Shown: piece by piece, positions 56,619-64,000 of the stretch | Layout: each line of letters begins with the position of its first letter | Numbering within the stretch: position 1 is the stretch's first letter | DNA from: a virus | Taxonomy: Duplodnaviria; Caudoviricetes | Virus record (IMG/VR): IMGVR_UViG_3300029705_006902 | Coordinates: 1-64,000 of that record | Length of the DNA stretch: 64,000 nucleotides | Strand: one strand, 5' to 3' | Made by a program: the position numbers and the translations under genes | The notes under the pieces: model-generated | Seen by the model: only the letters and a program-made list of their open reading frames with translations | The model's database searches: none | What the model was told of the DNA's origin: nothing

Positions 56619-56849
56619 TTACTCTTCGATTATCTTACAGGAGTCCTCTCCGTAGGCTACGCCGAGAGACGAACCACAATCCCAACGCACATGGATTGTA
56701 CCCATATCATCAACAAATCGAACTGTGCCACGACAACCGGGTACAAGCTTTGTATTATAAGGGTCATCCATTTTTACAAGTTCGACCCTGGTACCCTCCG
56801 TATACTTTTCCTTAAGTGATTTTACAACCGCTTCACTTGGGATAATCAT
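56619..56849 (-). CDS. DUF4314-like protein (76 aa)
   Basis: GTRVELVKMDDPY...GTVRFVDDMGTIHVRWDCGSSLG. Confidence 0.85.
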   Translation of the reverse strand: MIIPSEAVVKSLKEKYTEGTRVELVKMDDPYNTKLVPGCRGTVRFVDDMGTIHVRWDCGSSLGVAYGEDSCKIIEE

Positions 56850-57586
56850 TATTCTTCCTCCTTTTCTTTCTTGTGTCCGTTCTTGAATGCTGCCGAACCC
56901 GTAAAGTTCTGAAGCAGAATTTTTCTTTCGGTCTTATATTCCGCACCGATGAAACCGAGCCTTAAAAGGAAACAGCGGAAAGCGTACTTTTCATTTTCAA
57001 CTGTTTTCTCACCTTTGTTAATGCGAGTGAGCTTCTTTGCCATTTCGCAAAGTGCCGTTACAAAATGCATATAGGCTTTGACTTCATCCGGGTTCGATGT
57101 TTCTTTGAACCAGGGAAAATCTATTTTTTCACCGAATGTATGAATGGTAAGGTTATCTGTACCGAGTGCTTTTTTTATAAGGTCGGCTTTTGAATCAATC
57201 AGGTCTTTAAGGTTCTGCAGAGCCTTTTCATCGAAGTGTTCTTTAGGCATCTGAATGATGATTCCCATTTCTTCCTGCTCTTCAAGCCTCTGTTCGATGA
57301 GCATTTCTTCGATGTCTTCTTCGCTGTAGGCCTCGCTTGTGGTTTCGTTGCTGAAATCCTCAAGTTCGAACCCCTCATTGTGAAGGTGTTCGAGAAGTCT
57401 TTCAACAACCTCTCCGCCGAGTCCGCTGTCGAATGTAAGGGTGCCGTTTTTGTCAATTGTGAAGCAACCGACCTGGTAAGCAAAGGTAGGGGCTCCGAGA
57501 TAGTTTACTTCGTGGCCTGCCCATTTTGCTATGGTCAATGCGAGCTGCTTTCTTTTGTTACCGGGTACATTGTAATTTACTGTCAT
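56849..57586 (-). CDS. Phage 'virulence-related'-type hypothetical protein (245 aa)
   Basis: YLGAPTFAYQVG; C-terminal ENEKYAFRCFLLRLGFIG, homologous to the amidoligase tail NPKYAMRTWLLRLGFIG. Confidence 0.7.
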   Translation of the reverse strand: MTVNYNVPGNKRKQLALTIAKWAGHEVNYLGAPTFAYQVGCFTIDKNGTLTFDSGLGGEVVERLLEHLHNEGFELEDFSNETTSEAYSEEDIEEMLIEQRLEEQEEMGIIIQMPKEHFDEKALQNLKDLIDSKADLIKKALGTDNLTIHTFGEKIDFPWFKETSNPDEVKAYMHFVTALCEMAKKLTRINKGEKTVENEKYAFRCFLLRLGFIGAEYKTERKILLQNFTGSAAFKNGHKKEKEEE

Positions 57587-57617
57587 TGGTATGACCTCCT
57601 TTAAATTTGGTAGTCAC

Positions 57618-57654
57618 ATATTACCGTCAGGTGTGAGATATATCCAGTCATTTC
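57618..57654 (-). repeat. Repeated promoter unit, copy D (partial)
   Basis: ATATTACCGTCA shared with copy C plus ATATCCAGTCATTTC; TGGATA-17-TAATAT. Confidence 0.75.
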
Positions 57655-57850
57655 TGCATATTCGGATGTAGAATAAAAGCCTCAATTTTATGTGCTTTAT
57701 TGTGTACTATACACACCCCAAAAAAGAACTGTTAGGAAATTCCGAATTGTTCAAAAGGAGGTCAGAGGCATACCGAAAAAGGAGCAAAATCGGTATGCCT
57801 CTGTTTTGGAGGACACATACGCCGAAAGTGCGTAAAATGGAGTTGGTTAT

Positions 57851-60157
57851 TTAATCAGAGAAAGCATAATAAGCAATGCCGGCAAGAACAAAGAAAACAC
57901 ACGGCAGAGCTACTCCGTTGCCCCACATCTTATACTCTGCAGCATCGGAGTAGGGGTCGGTTAACCATTTCCTTATTTGCTTTTCTGTTTTCGGCTTTGA
58001 AGAGCCGTTTGTTATGATTCTATAAGATTCAAAGACTTCACTCCAGAATTGCACATCTTCTTCAGTGGGGTCGCTATTAAGATTTGAACACCACCAATCA
58101 GGAAAGCCCTGTAGCCTGGCACATTCTGTGGGTGTAAGTCTTCGAACTGCATAATGGGGATCTATAATGCCGTTTTGATAACCGGGGTTCGTACCATTCA
58201 CAAGGGTGTTTGATACATTAGTTCTCGGTGATTGGCATTCCGCTTTCATCTGCGGATAAAATGACACCGGTTGTGCTACAGCACCGGGGCCACGGGAAGT
58301 GAGCGTAGGTTGTTTGTCTTTTTCAATGCCCGGTTTATACTGTGCGTTCTGACCTTGATTAAAGGCTGCACGGTCTATTCCGTAGCAAGGTTCATTTACG
58401 ATTGCAGCATCTTTATAATCTCTTGAAAGAAGAGTTGGAGATTTTTCTTTTATCGGCTGTGCATAATATCCGGTGGTCATCGAGTAAACCGCGTGTCGGT
58501 CAACAGTATTGAGAGTATACATAACATCGGATTCTTTGAAACCATCACCTTGGTGAGAGGGTCGAGAACCATTACCTTCAATAACAATAGTTTTATCCTT
58601 GACGCAAACAGCGGGTTCACCACCATGAGTACAGGCAAGAGTAGGAGCAACCTCCTCACTTACACTGCACGAGCTTTTACCCCCACCTTGGTCTACACAC
58701 ACCACAGCAATACCGCCTTGATTGCAACCGGGATTTCCTCCGTTGGCATCAAGGGTTCTGCTTGTATCTGCTTCATAAATACCGCTGTGAGGGTTATCGG
58801 ACAGCATCGCATTTGATTTATCGGCACTAATACCGAAAGGTTGAAGAACGCAATTGAAATGGTTTTTGTCAGGCATTCGCTGACTACCACCGGCATTATG
58901 AGCTGTAAGGGTTCCGGCTGTTTGTTCACCATCCCAATTACACGGCTCAAAAAGAGTCTGATCATTGTTGCAAGCGAGGGTTGCCGATTTGTTTTCCTGT
59001 ATCAAAGGACCCTTCCCACCGCCTTCACAGCCACTGCGTATTTTCATAACGAGAGGGACATTCCCTCCACCTGTTCCCATTCGGGAAGTTAGGGTTTGTA
59101 TTGTTTCACTCTCGTCAAGTTTAACTCTGCTGTCTGCCGGATGATTCTCAAGAGCGATTGCGGCCGGAACAACCCCTGCACGGAGTGTAGGTGAGCGTTC
59201 CTCTTCATATCCTATGGTTCGGCTTTTGGCTGAATGCTCTGTACAAAAACCTGCGGACTCCATTACACACGGAGGATGATGTGCTTCGGCTCTTAATGTA
59301 GCCGTAACATCTTCTGTTACATCCATTCGGCTTCCGCCTTGGTCATTCAGAATAATTCCGTTCCTACCTGTGGACATCCCACAGTTCACTCCAAGAGTTG
59401 AAGAAACCTCATCGGTTACGACTCCGTTATAGCCATCGAAGCCTGACGCTCCAACGCAAGTCGAAGAACCTCCGGTAGCTCTTTGCCACGCACGGAAGCT
59501 CTCCGCAGAATACCTTGACAGGCCTTCTGACTCAAATAGTATTTTTCCGGCACTCCTACTTGCAAAATCTGCGACAAGATAGATGCGTTTTCTTCGTTGG
59601 GGTACTCCGAAATATTGTGCGTCAAGAACGCGGTAAGCAATGCTCCATCCGTCTCCCATGATAAGGTCGGCGTAAGCCCATCTTCCTTTTTCAGGCATAG
59701 GCACCTGGGCATTCGGTTCGATGACACCAATGAACGCTTCGAGTACGGCACGGAAATCTTCGCCTTTGTTTGAGGAGAAGGCTCCGGGGACATTTTCCCA
59801 GACTGCGTATCTTGGGTATTTGCCATTTGTGGCACACCTCATTTCTTTTATAATTCTGATTGCTTCATAAAACAAAACCGACTGTGTTCCATCAAGTCCG
59901 GCTCTCTTACCCGCAACTGACATATCCGTGCAAGGAGAACCAAATGAGATTATATCGACGGGTTCAACTTCTGCACCATTGATTTTTGAAACATCTCCGT
60001 AGTGTTTCATGAAAGGAAGTCGCTTTGTTGTTACCCTTATAGGGAACGGCTCAATCTCCGATGCCCACACAGGAGTAATTCCTGCAAGCAAACCACCTAA
60101 AGGAAACCCACCAGACCCATCAAAGAGACTGGCGAGCGTTAATGTATTATCTTTCAT
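57851..60157 (-). CDS. dcm: C5-cytosine DNA methyltransferase with a greatly expanded variable region (768 aa; alpha subunit)
   Basis: LFDGSGG (I), GSPC (IV), ENV (VI), QRRKRIY (VIII), RRLTPTEC.RLQGFP, GNGV (X); about 12 TL-centred repeats. Confidence 0.93.
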   Translation of the reverse strand: MKDNTLTLASLFDGSGGFPLGGLLAGITPVWASEIEPFPIRVTTKRLPFMKHYGDVSKINGAEVEPVDIISFGSPCTDMSVAGKRAGLDGTQSVLFYEAIRIIKEMRCATNGKYPRYAVWENVPGAFSSNKGEDFRAVLEAFIGVIEPNAQVPMPEKGRWAYADLIMGDGWSIAYRVLDAQYFGVPQRRKRIYLVADFASRSAGKILFESEGLSRYSAESFRAWQRATGGSSTCVGASGFDGYNGVVTDEVSSTLGVNCGMSTGRNGIILNDQGGSRMDVTEDVTATLRAEAHHPPCVMESAGFCTEHSAKSRTIGYEEERSPTLRAGVVPAAIALENHPADSRVKLDESETIQTLTSRMGTGGGNVPLVMKIRSGCEGGGKGPLIQENKSATLACNNDQTLFEPCNWDGEQTAGTLTAHNAGGSQRMPDKNHFNCVLQPFGISADKSNAMLSDNPHSGIYEADTSRTLDANGGNPGCNQGGIAVVCVDQGGGKSSCSVSEEVAPTLACTHGGEPAVCVKDKTIVIEGNGSRPSHQGDGFKESDVMYTLNTVDRHAVYSMTTGYYAQPIKEKSPTLLSRDYKDAAIVNEPCYGIDRAAFNQGQNAQYKPGIEKDKQPTLTSRGPGAVAQPVSFYPQMKAECQSPRTNVSNTLVNGTNPGYQNGIIDPHYAVRRLTPTECARLQGFPDWWCSNLNSDPTEEDVQFWSEVFESYRIITNGSSKPKTEKQIRKWLTDPYSDAAEYKMWGNGVALPCVFFVLAGIAYYAFSD
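59416..59826 (-). CDS. Nested out-of-frame C5-MTase beta polypeptide, M.EcoHK31I-type (136 aa from MANTQ)
   Basis: Own RBS GAGGTG 8 nt before ATG; C-terminal LSQIL...VPEKYYLSQKACQGILRRASVRGKELPEVL. Confidence 0.7.
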   Translation of the reverse strand: MANTQDTQSGKMSPEPSPQTKAKISVPYSKRSLVSSNRMPRCLCLKKEDGLTPTLSWETDGALLTAFLTHNISEYPNEENASILSQILQVGVPEKYYLSQKACQGILRRASVRGKELPEVLRLALERQASMAITES

Positions 60158-60170
60158 ATATTAACCCTCC

Positions 60171-61421
60171 TTAAAAAAGAGGAATAACATCGTCTTCACC
60201 GGAAACCTCGTCAAAACTGTATGTTAAGCCGTCACGCTGCACGGAAACTTCTGCCGAAGAGCCGACCTGCTCAATATACCTTTTTACGATTACATCGCAG
60301 AACTTCTCATCAAGCTCTACAGTGTAGCAAATTCGGTCGGTCTGTTCACAGGCAATAAGGGTACTGCCCGAACCACCGAAGGGGTCAAGGACGATTGAGT
60401 TTGACATACTTGAATTCATAATGGGATAGGCAAGAAGCGGTATAGGTTTCATTGTAGGATGTTCACCGTTTTTCTTCGGCTTATCGAATTCCCAAATGGT
60501 CGATTCTTTTCTTCCTGTGTACCACAAATGCTTACCCTTTTTCTTCCATCCGAAAAGGCAAGGCTCGTGCTGCCACTGATAAGGACTCCTGCCAAGCACT
60601 AATGACTGTTTTTTCCAAATGCAACAACCTGAAAGATTGAAGCCAGCGTCGTTGAATGCTTTTCTGAAATTCAAACCCTCTGTGTCTGCATGGAAAACAT
60701 AAATGGAAGCATCATCTGCCATAGCACTTTCAGTGCATTTGAAAGCATCAAGAAGGAAATTATAAAATGAATCGTTATCCATATTATCGTTTTTGATTTT
60801 ACCAGCCGAACCTTCGTAGTTTACATTGTAGGGAGGGTCGGTAATAACGAGGTTTGCTTTCTTACCACACATGAGCAGTTCAAAAGTTTCTGCTTTAGTG
60901 CTGTCACCGCAGACGAGTCTATGTCTGCCAAGTGTCCACACGTCACCGGGTTTAGAAAAAGACGGGTTTTGGAGTTCGGCTTCAACATCGAAGTCATCTT
61001 CCTTTATCCCGTCCTTAACGCTATCTTTAAATAAATCATCAAGCTCTGCTGTTTCAAAGCCTGTGAGGCTTACATCAAAATCCGCAGCCTGGAGATCAGT
61101 GATAAGAAGAGCAAGTTTATCTTTATCCCACTCACCGCTGATTTTATTAAGAGCGATGTTGAGAGCCTTTTCTTTTTCTTCTGAAAGTTCGACTACAACG
61201 CAGTCAACTTCGGTGTAGCCCATATCCATAAGAACCTTGAGTCGCTGATGACCGCCAACAACTTTTCCGGTGGTCTTGTTCCATATGACGGGTTCTACAT
61301 AACCGAACTGTTCAATTGAACGCTTCAGCTTTTCATACTCGGCATCACCGGGTTTGAGGTCTTTTCGAGGATTATATTCCGCTGGCAGAAGTTCTGCTAC
61401 TTTCTTTTTCTCAATAATCAT
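60171..61421 (-). CDS. ParB-N plus N6A/N4C DNA methyltransferase (416 aa from MIIEKK)
   Basis: PAEYNPRK...GGHQR ParB-like domain; TDPPYNV; HPTMKP; LDPFGGSGS. Confidence 0.93.
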   Translation of the reverse strand: MIIEKKKVAELLPAEYNPRKDLKPGDAEYEKLKRSIEQFGYVEPVIWNKTTGKVVGGHQRLKVLMDMGYTEVDCVVVELSEEKEKALNIALNKISGEWDKDKLALLITDLQAADFDVSLTGFETAELDDLFKDSVKDGIKEDDFDVEAELQNPSFSKPGDVWTLGRHRLVCGDSTKAETFELLMCGKKANLVITDPPYNVNYEGSAGKIKNDNMDNDSFYNFLLDAFKCTESAMADDASIYVFHADTEGLNFRKAFNDAGFNLSGCCIWKKQSLVLGRSPYQWQHEPCLFGWKKKGKHLWYTGRKESTIWEFDKPKKNGEHPTMKPIPLLAYPIMNSSMSNSIVLDPFGGSGSTLIACEQTDRICYTVELDEKFCDVIVKRYIEQVGSSAEVSVQRDGLTYSFDEVSGEDDVIPLF

Positions 61422-62200
61422 ACGAGACCCCACTCGGCAAATTTCTCAAAGCCACCAATGTCGCTTATGTATTTTCTTGCCGTTTCTACAATTTCAGAAT
61501 AAGGAACACCGTTTACTTTCTCATCACCGATTGAACAGCAAAACTCAACAGGCTTACCCGTTTTCTGTGCTTCAAGGAAAGCATAAATATTTACGCTCAC
61601 ATCAGCCTTTGATAAGTCCTTACCGTGAAGGCCACCACCGGTTACTCCATCGGCCATATCAGAACCGAGCTTTCTGTTTGTAGCACCCGTGTCAACATTA
61701 ATACCACCGGTCCAGTCACCGAGAGGATTTACCTTTGCGCCGGGATACAGTCTTTCAAGAATGCGAGAAGAAACATTGCTCTGACAAATGGTGAGTTCGA
61801 TGCCGTTGATTATGAACTTACCATCATAAGGGCAGAGACTATATAAATCTCTTGCAATATGTGACAGTTCTTTTTGTTCGGGTGTTAAAGGCATACCTTT
61901 AAAGATGCCGTTATCACCACAGCGGATTGTATTCTTCTGATTGTTTGCGAGATGCTTATCCTGGGGTACGATATGAATATCGAAACCGACATTACCTGCA
62001 ATTCTTGCTATAACCTTGGCTACATCAATTTCATCAATGTCAGCAGAGGTTTCAACAATCACCGTGCAGTTTCCGTGACCGATAAGAACCTCAACTGCAA
62101 TCTTGGGGTCTTTTTCTTTTCTGTATGCCAGGTCAACAATACCCCCGGCAATTCTGTCCGCTATCTTATCAGGATGCGAAGGGTTTACTTTTTCAAACAT
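61418..62200 (-). CDS. metK: Short phage S-adenosylmethionine synthetase (260 aa from MFEKV)
   Basis: SHPDKIAD, GDNGIF, DTGATNRKL, GGGLHGKDLSKADVS; RBS GAAAGGA. Confidence 0.85.
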   Translation of the reverse strand: MFEKVNPSHPDKIADRIAGGIVDLAYRKEKDPKIAVEVLIGHGNCTVIVETSADIDEIDVAKVIARIAGNVGFDIHIVPQDKHLANNQKNTIRCGDNGIFKGMPLTPEQKELSHIARDLYSLCPYDGKFIINGIELTICQSNVSSRILERLYPGAKVNPLGDWTGGINVDTGATNRKLGSDMADGVTGGGLHGKDLSKADVSVNIYAFLEAQKTGKPVEFCCSIGDEKVNGVPYSEIVETARKYISDIGGFEKFAEWGLV

Positions 62201-62234
62201 AATGTTAATCCTTTCCGAGCTGTATGCTCTTTGT

Positions 62235-62792
62235 TTATTTTCTTCCCTTGCGAGCTTGCAGCAAACGCTCCATAGCATCGTCCTGGGGTGTTGCACCTCC
62301 ATACTCTCCGGTGCAGTTTTCTTTGACAATCTGGAAAATCTCCATCCACAGTCTGTTGGTCTGTGACATGAAGTTTTGAGCCATAGCTACATAGGGACTC
62401 TGAATCGCATTACCCGTCGTTGGGTGTTTCGCAAGGAAACCGAACTCGGTAATTGCCGTTTCGCATTGAATCCATCTTGCTACGCTCATCGCATATCTTT
62501 CCAGGAGCTGCGGTGAAACCAAGGCGGTACATTTTCTTTCCGCCAACCACTGCCAGGTTGTTTCATACACATCGGCAGCTATCAGTTTCTTACCGTCTTT
62601 TTGGGTTGCAGATAACATCTCGGAAGGTTTCGGCATCGGTTGACCTTCTAAATCGACTGAATCATTATTAAAGTCGATGACAGTCAGCTTTCTTTTTCCG
62701 GGGTTTCCTTCAGCAATTTTATCTGCAAGAGGCTTCTTTTTAGCACCCGAGCCAACACGAGCGCCGCCTCTATTGGTGCCGTCTTTTGCCAC
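62235..62792 (-). CDS. terS: Terminase small subunit, P27 family (185 aa)
   Basis: GGARVGSGAKKKP...GNPGKR; QSPYV; located between HNH and the head genes. Confidence 0.9.
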   Translation of the reverse strand: MAKDGTNRGGARVGSGAKKKPLADKIAEGNPGKRKLTVIDFNNDSVDLEGQPMPKPSEMLSATQKDGKKLIAADVYETTWQWLAERKCTALVSPQLLERYAMSVARWIQCETAITEFGFLAKHPTTGNAIQSPYVAMAQNFMSQTNRLWMEIFQIVKENCTGEYGGATPQDDAMERLLQARKGRK

Positions 62793-62819
62793 TTTTTTAC
62801 CTCCTTTTTAGTATTTAGG

Positions 62820-62910
62820 GGTTAATACCCCCTTTGAAATCGCGGTTTTGTGCGTGATACCCCACGCCCGTTGCACAAAAAATTAGTCGTGGAGATTTTG
62901 ACCGCCCCTA
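62820..62910 (-). other. Putative cos/packaging-initiation region
   Basis: GC-rich GGGGCGGTCAAAATCTC...GGGCGTGGGG tract between HNH and terS, the usual cos position in HK97-like phages. Confidence 0.45.
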
Positions 62911-62913
62911 CCA

Positions 62914-63273
62914 TCAGGAGTTGTGCCATCTGTCACCACGCTCTGCATGAATTTTTGCGTGACAACTCTTACAAAGAGCTATGAGGTTATCTCGGCTGTG
63001 TGTTCCACCTTCTGACAACGGTTTCTTATGATGAACCTCTTGTGTCGGTACGAGTTTGCCATCAGCTTGACACCTCTCACACAGTGGGTGTTCTTCAACA
63101 TACTTGTCTCTGATTCGTTTCCAGGCTCTACCATACCTACGACGTACAGCAGGGTCTCTGTCATACTTCTCGTAGCGTTTGGCTTCAGCCTTGGTGTGTT
63201 CTTCGCAAAACCTACCATCCGTAAGGTTAGGACATCCAGGATGAGAGCAAGGTCTCTTCGGTTTCTTTGGCAT
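62914..63273 (-). CDS. Packaging-associated HNH endonuclease (119 aa from MPKKPK)
   Basis: CSHPGC...FCEEH; CERC...EVHHKKP...NLIALCKSCH. Confidence 0.93.
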   Translation of the reverse strand: MPKKPKRPCSHPGCPNLTDGRFCEEHTKAEAKRYEKYDRDPAVRRRYGRAWKRIRDKYVEEHPLCERCQADGKLVPTQEVHHKKPLSEGGTHSRDNLIALCKSCHAKIHAERGDRWHNS

Positions 63274-63441
63274 TGGGTTCACCTTCTTTCCGGGCAAAAC
63301 GAAAACCATCGAAAGTTGGTGTGAACTCTCGATGGCTTTCATTCGCAGTTTCAAACAGGGTACTAAAACAAAAACTTTAGAAAGGAACTAATAGTTTTAT
63401 TTTCAAACTCCCTATTATAATAATAACATATGGTGGCAGTC

Positions 63442-63873
63442 TCATTCCATCTCTTTTTCTCTCATTGCAAGGAGCTTATCAATTTCTGCTATTGCTTTAT
63501 CGTGGAGTCGATGAATATGCTGTATACTGTAGTACATTTCTACAGCTACTTGTTCCCAGGTTTTGTAGCAAACGTATCTTAGTTCAAGTAACATTTGCAA
63601 CTCGGGTTCTTTAACAGCTCCGATTAATTTAATAATATCTCTTTTAAGGTCAACAAGCCTATCAATGTCATCATTGATACTGTGTTCAAGGTCAATGATT
63701 TTTACAATAGTATCTTCCATTCTTGACGAGCCACGGTTAGGATTTCGAGGCATATCAGAGTATGTGGCTGTACATTTAGTAGAAAGGTCGTTCAAGTTAG
63801 AAAGAGCTTCAAGCTTGCTGTTAATTCTTTGGTCGAGTTTATAGCCTTGATTTAAATATTCTCTTGCGTCCAT
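63442..63873 (-). CDS. Late transcriptional activator (ArpU/DUF1492-like, 143 aa)
   Basis: AREYLNQ..LD..I; LLELRYV...WEQVA.EM.YS C-terminal HTH. Confidence 0.8.
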   Translation of the reverse strand: MDAREYLNQGYKLDQRINSKLEALSNLNDLSTKCTATYSDMPRNPNRGSSRMEDTIVKIIDLEHSINDDIDRLVDLKRDIIKLIGAVKEPELQMLLELRYVCYKTWEQVAVEMYYSIQHIHRLHDKAIAEIDKLLAMREKEME

Positions 63874-63875
63874 AT

Positions 63876-64000
63876 TTATACCTCCAATGTCGCTTTTACT
63901 GCATCGATGAGAGCAGTTTGTATTTTTTCTTTTCGGTTTAAGGCTTTCATAATATTTTCATCGATTGTGCCTTTTGTAATAATGTGGTGAATGACTACGG
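63876..64000 (-). CDS. C-terminal end of a SNF2-type helicase (partial)
   Basis: VVIHHIITKGTIDENIMKAL...LIDAVKA. Confidence 0.75.
   Translation of the reverse strand, partial: VVIHHIITKGTIDENIMKALNRKEKIQTALIDAVKATLEV

Larger units (their letters stand above)
25924..64000 (-). mobile_element. Siphoviral (HK97-fold) prophage, continuing past the window end
   Basis: Collinear recombinase, lysis, tail, head, packaging and late-regulator modules, all on the minus strand, with no frame breaks seen; left attachment site uncertain (could be as far left as ~12.8-13.0 kb). Confidence 0.92.

Noticed and set aside
53625-57654. 34-bp identical repeats as a possible CRISPR array or att sites
   Set aside because: Spaced about 1-2 kb apart, each directly upstream of an RBS and gene, and containing -35/-10 boxes; better explained as promoters.
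57851-60157. Intein or intron explaining the oversized methyltransferase
   Set aside because: No Cys/Ser...His-Asn splice junctions or homing endonuclease motifs; the extra length is tandem TL modules.

Overview
Low-GC Firmicute (Clostridia, probably Oscillospirales; inference from gene content) window with three zones. (1) 1-12.4 kb, host DNA: two tandem minus-strand operons, each a TetR regulator followed by a giant secreted surface protein; both proteins end in the same Cys/His-rich C-terminal domain. The second operon is broken by a clean 1,244-bp inversion (11000-12243, 4-bp CAGG/CCTG junctions). Flipping it back restores a 228-aa TetR and a 2,356-aa protein exactly in frame. (2) 12.5-25.9 kb, junction and accessory island: an ISL3-type MITE, a tRNA(Leu-like) 3' end fused to a hairpin element, an att-like inverted repeat, a cluster of small genes with two metallophosphoesterases, divergent Xre regulators, and a six-gene operon. 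That operon has an atypical serine recombinase that lacks the zinc ribbon and shares a novel domain with its two downstream genes, followed by two ParB-like genes. A membrane nuclease cargo follows. (3) 25.9-64 kb, minus strand: an apparently intact HK97-type siphoviral prophage continuing past the right edge. It carries paired large serine recombinases, lysis, tail, head and packaging modules, plus cargo: a 650-aa nuclease-like moron, an Ig-domain insert before the tape measure gene, a PAPS-reductase-family gene, a repeated-promoter small-gene array, amidoligase/GGCT, MetK and two DNA methyltransferases. The C5 methyltransferase has about 12 TL-centred repeats and a nested out-of-frame beta-subunit gene. 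Family assignments are from motif recognition only; no searches were run.
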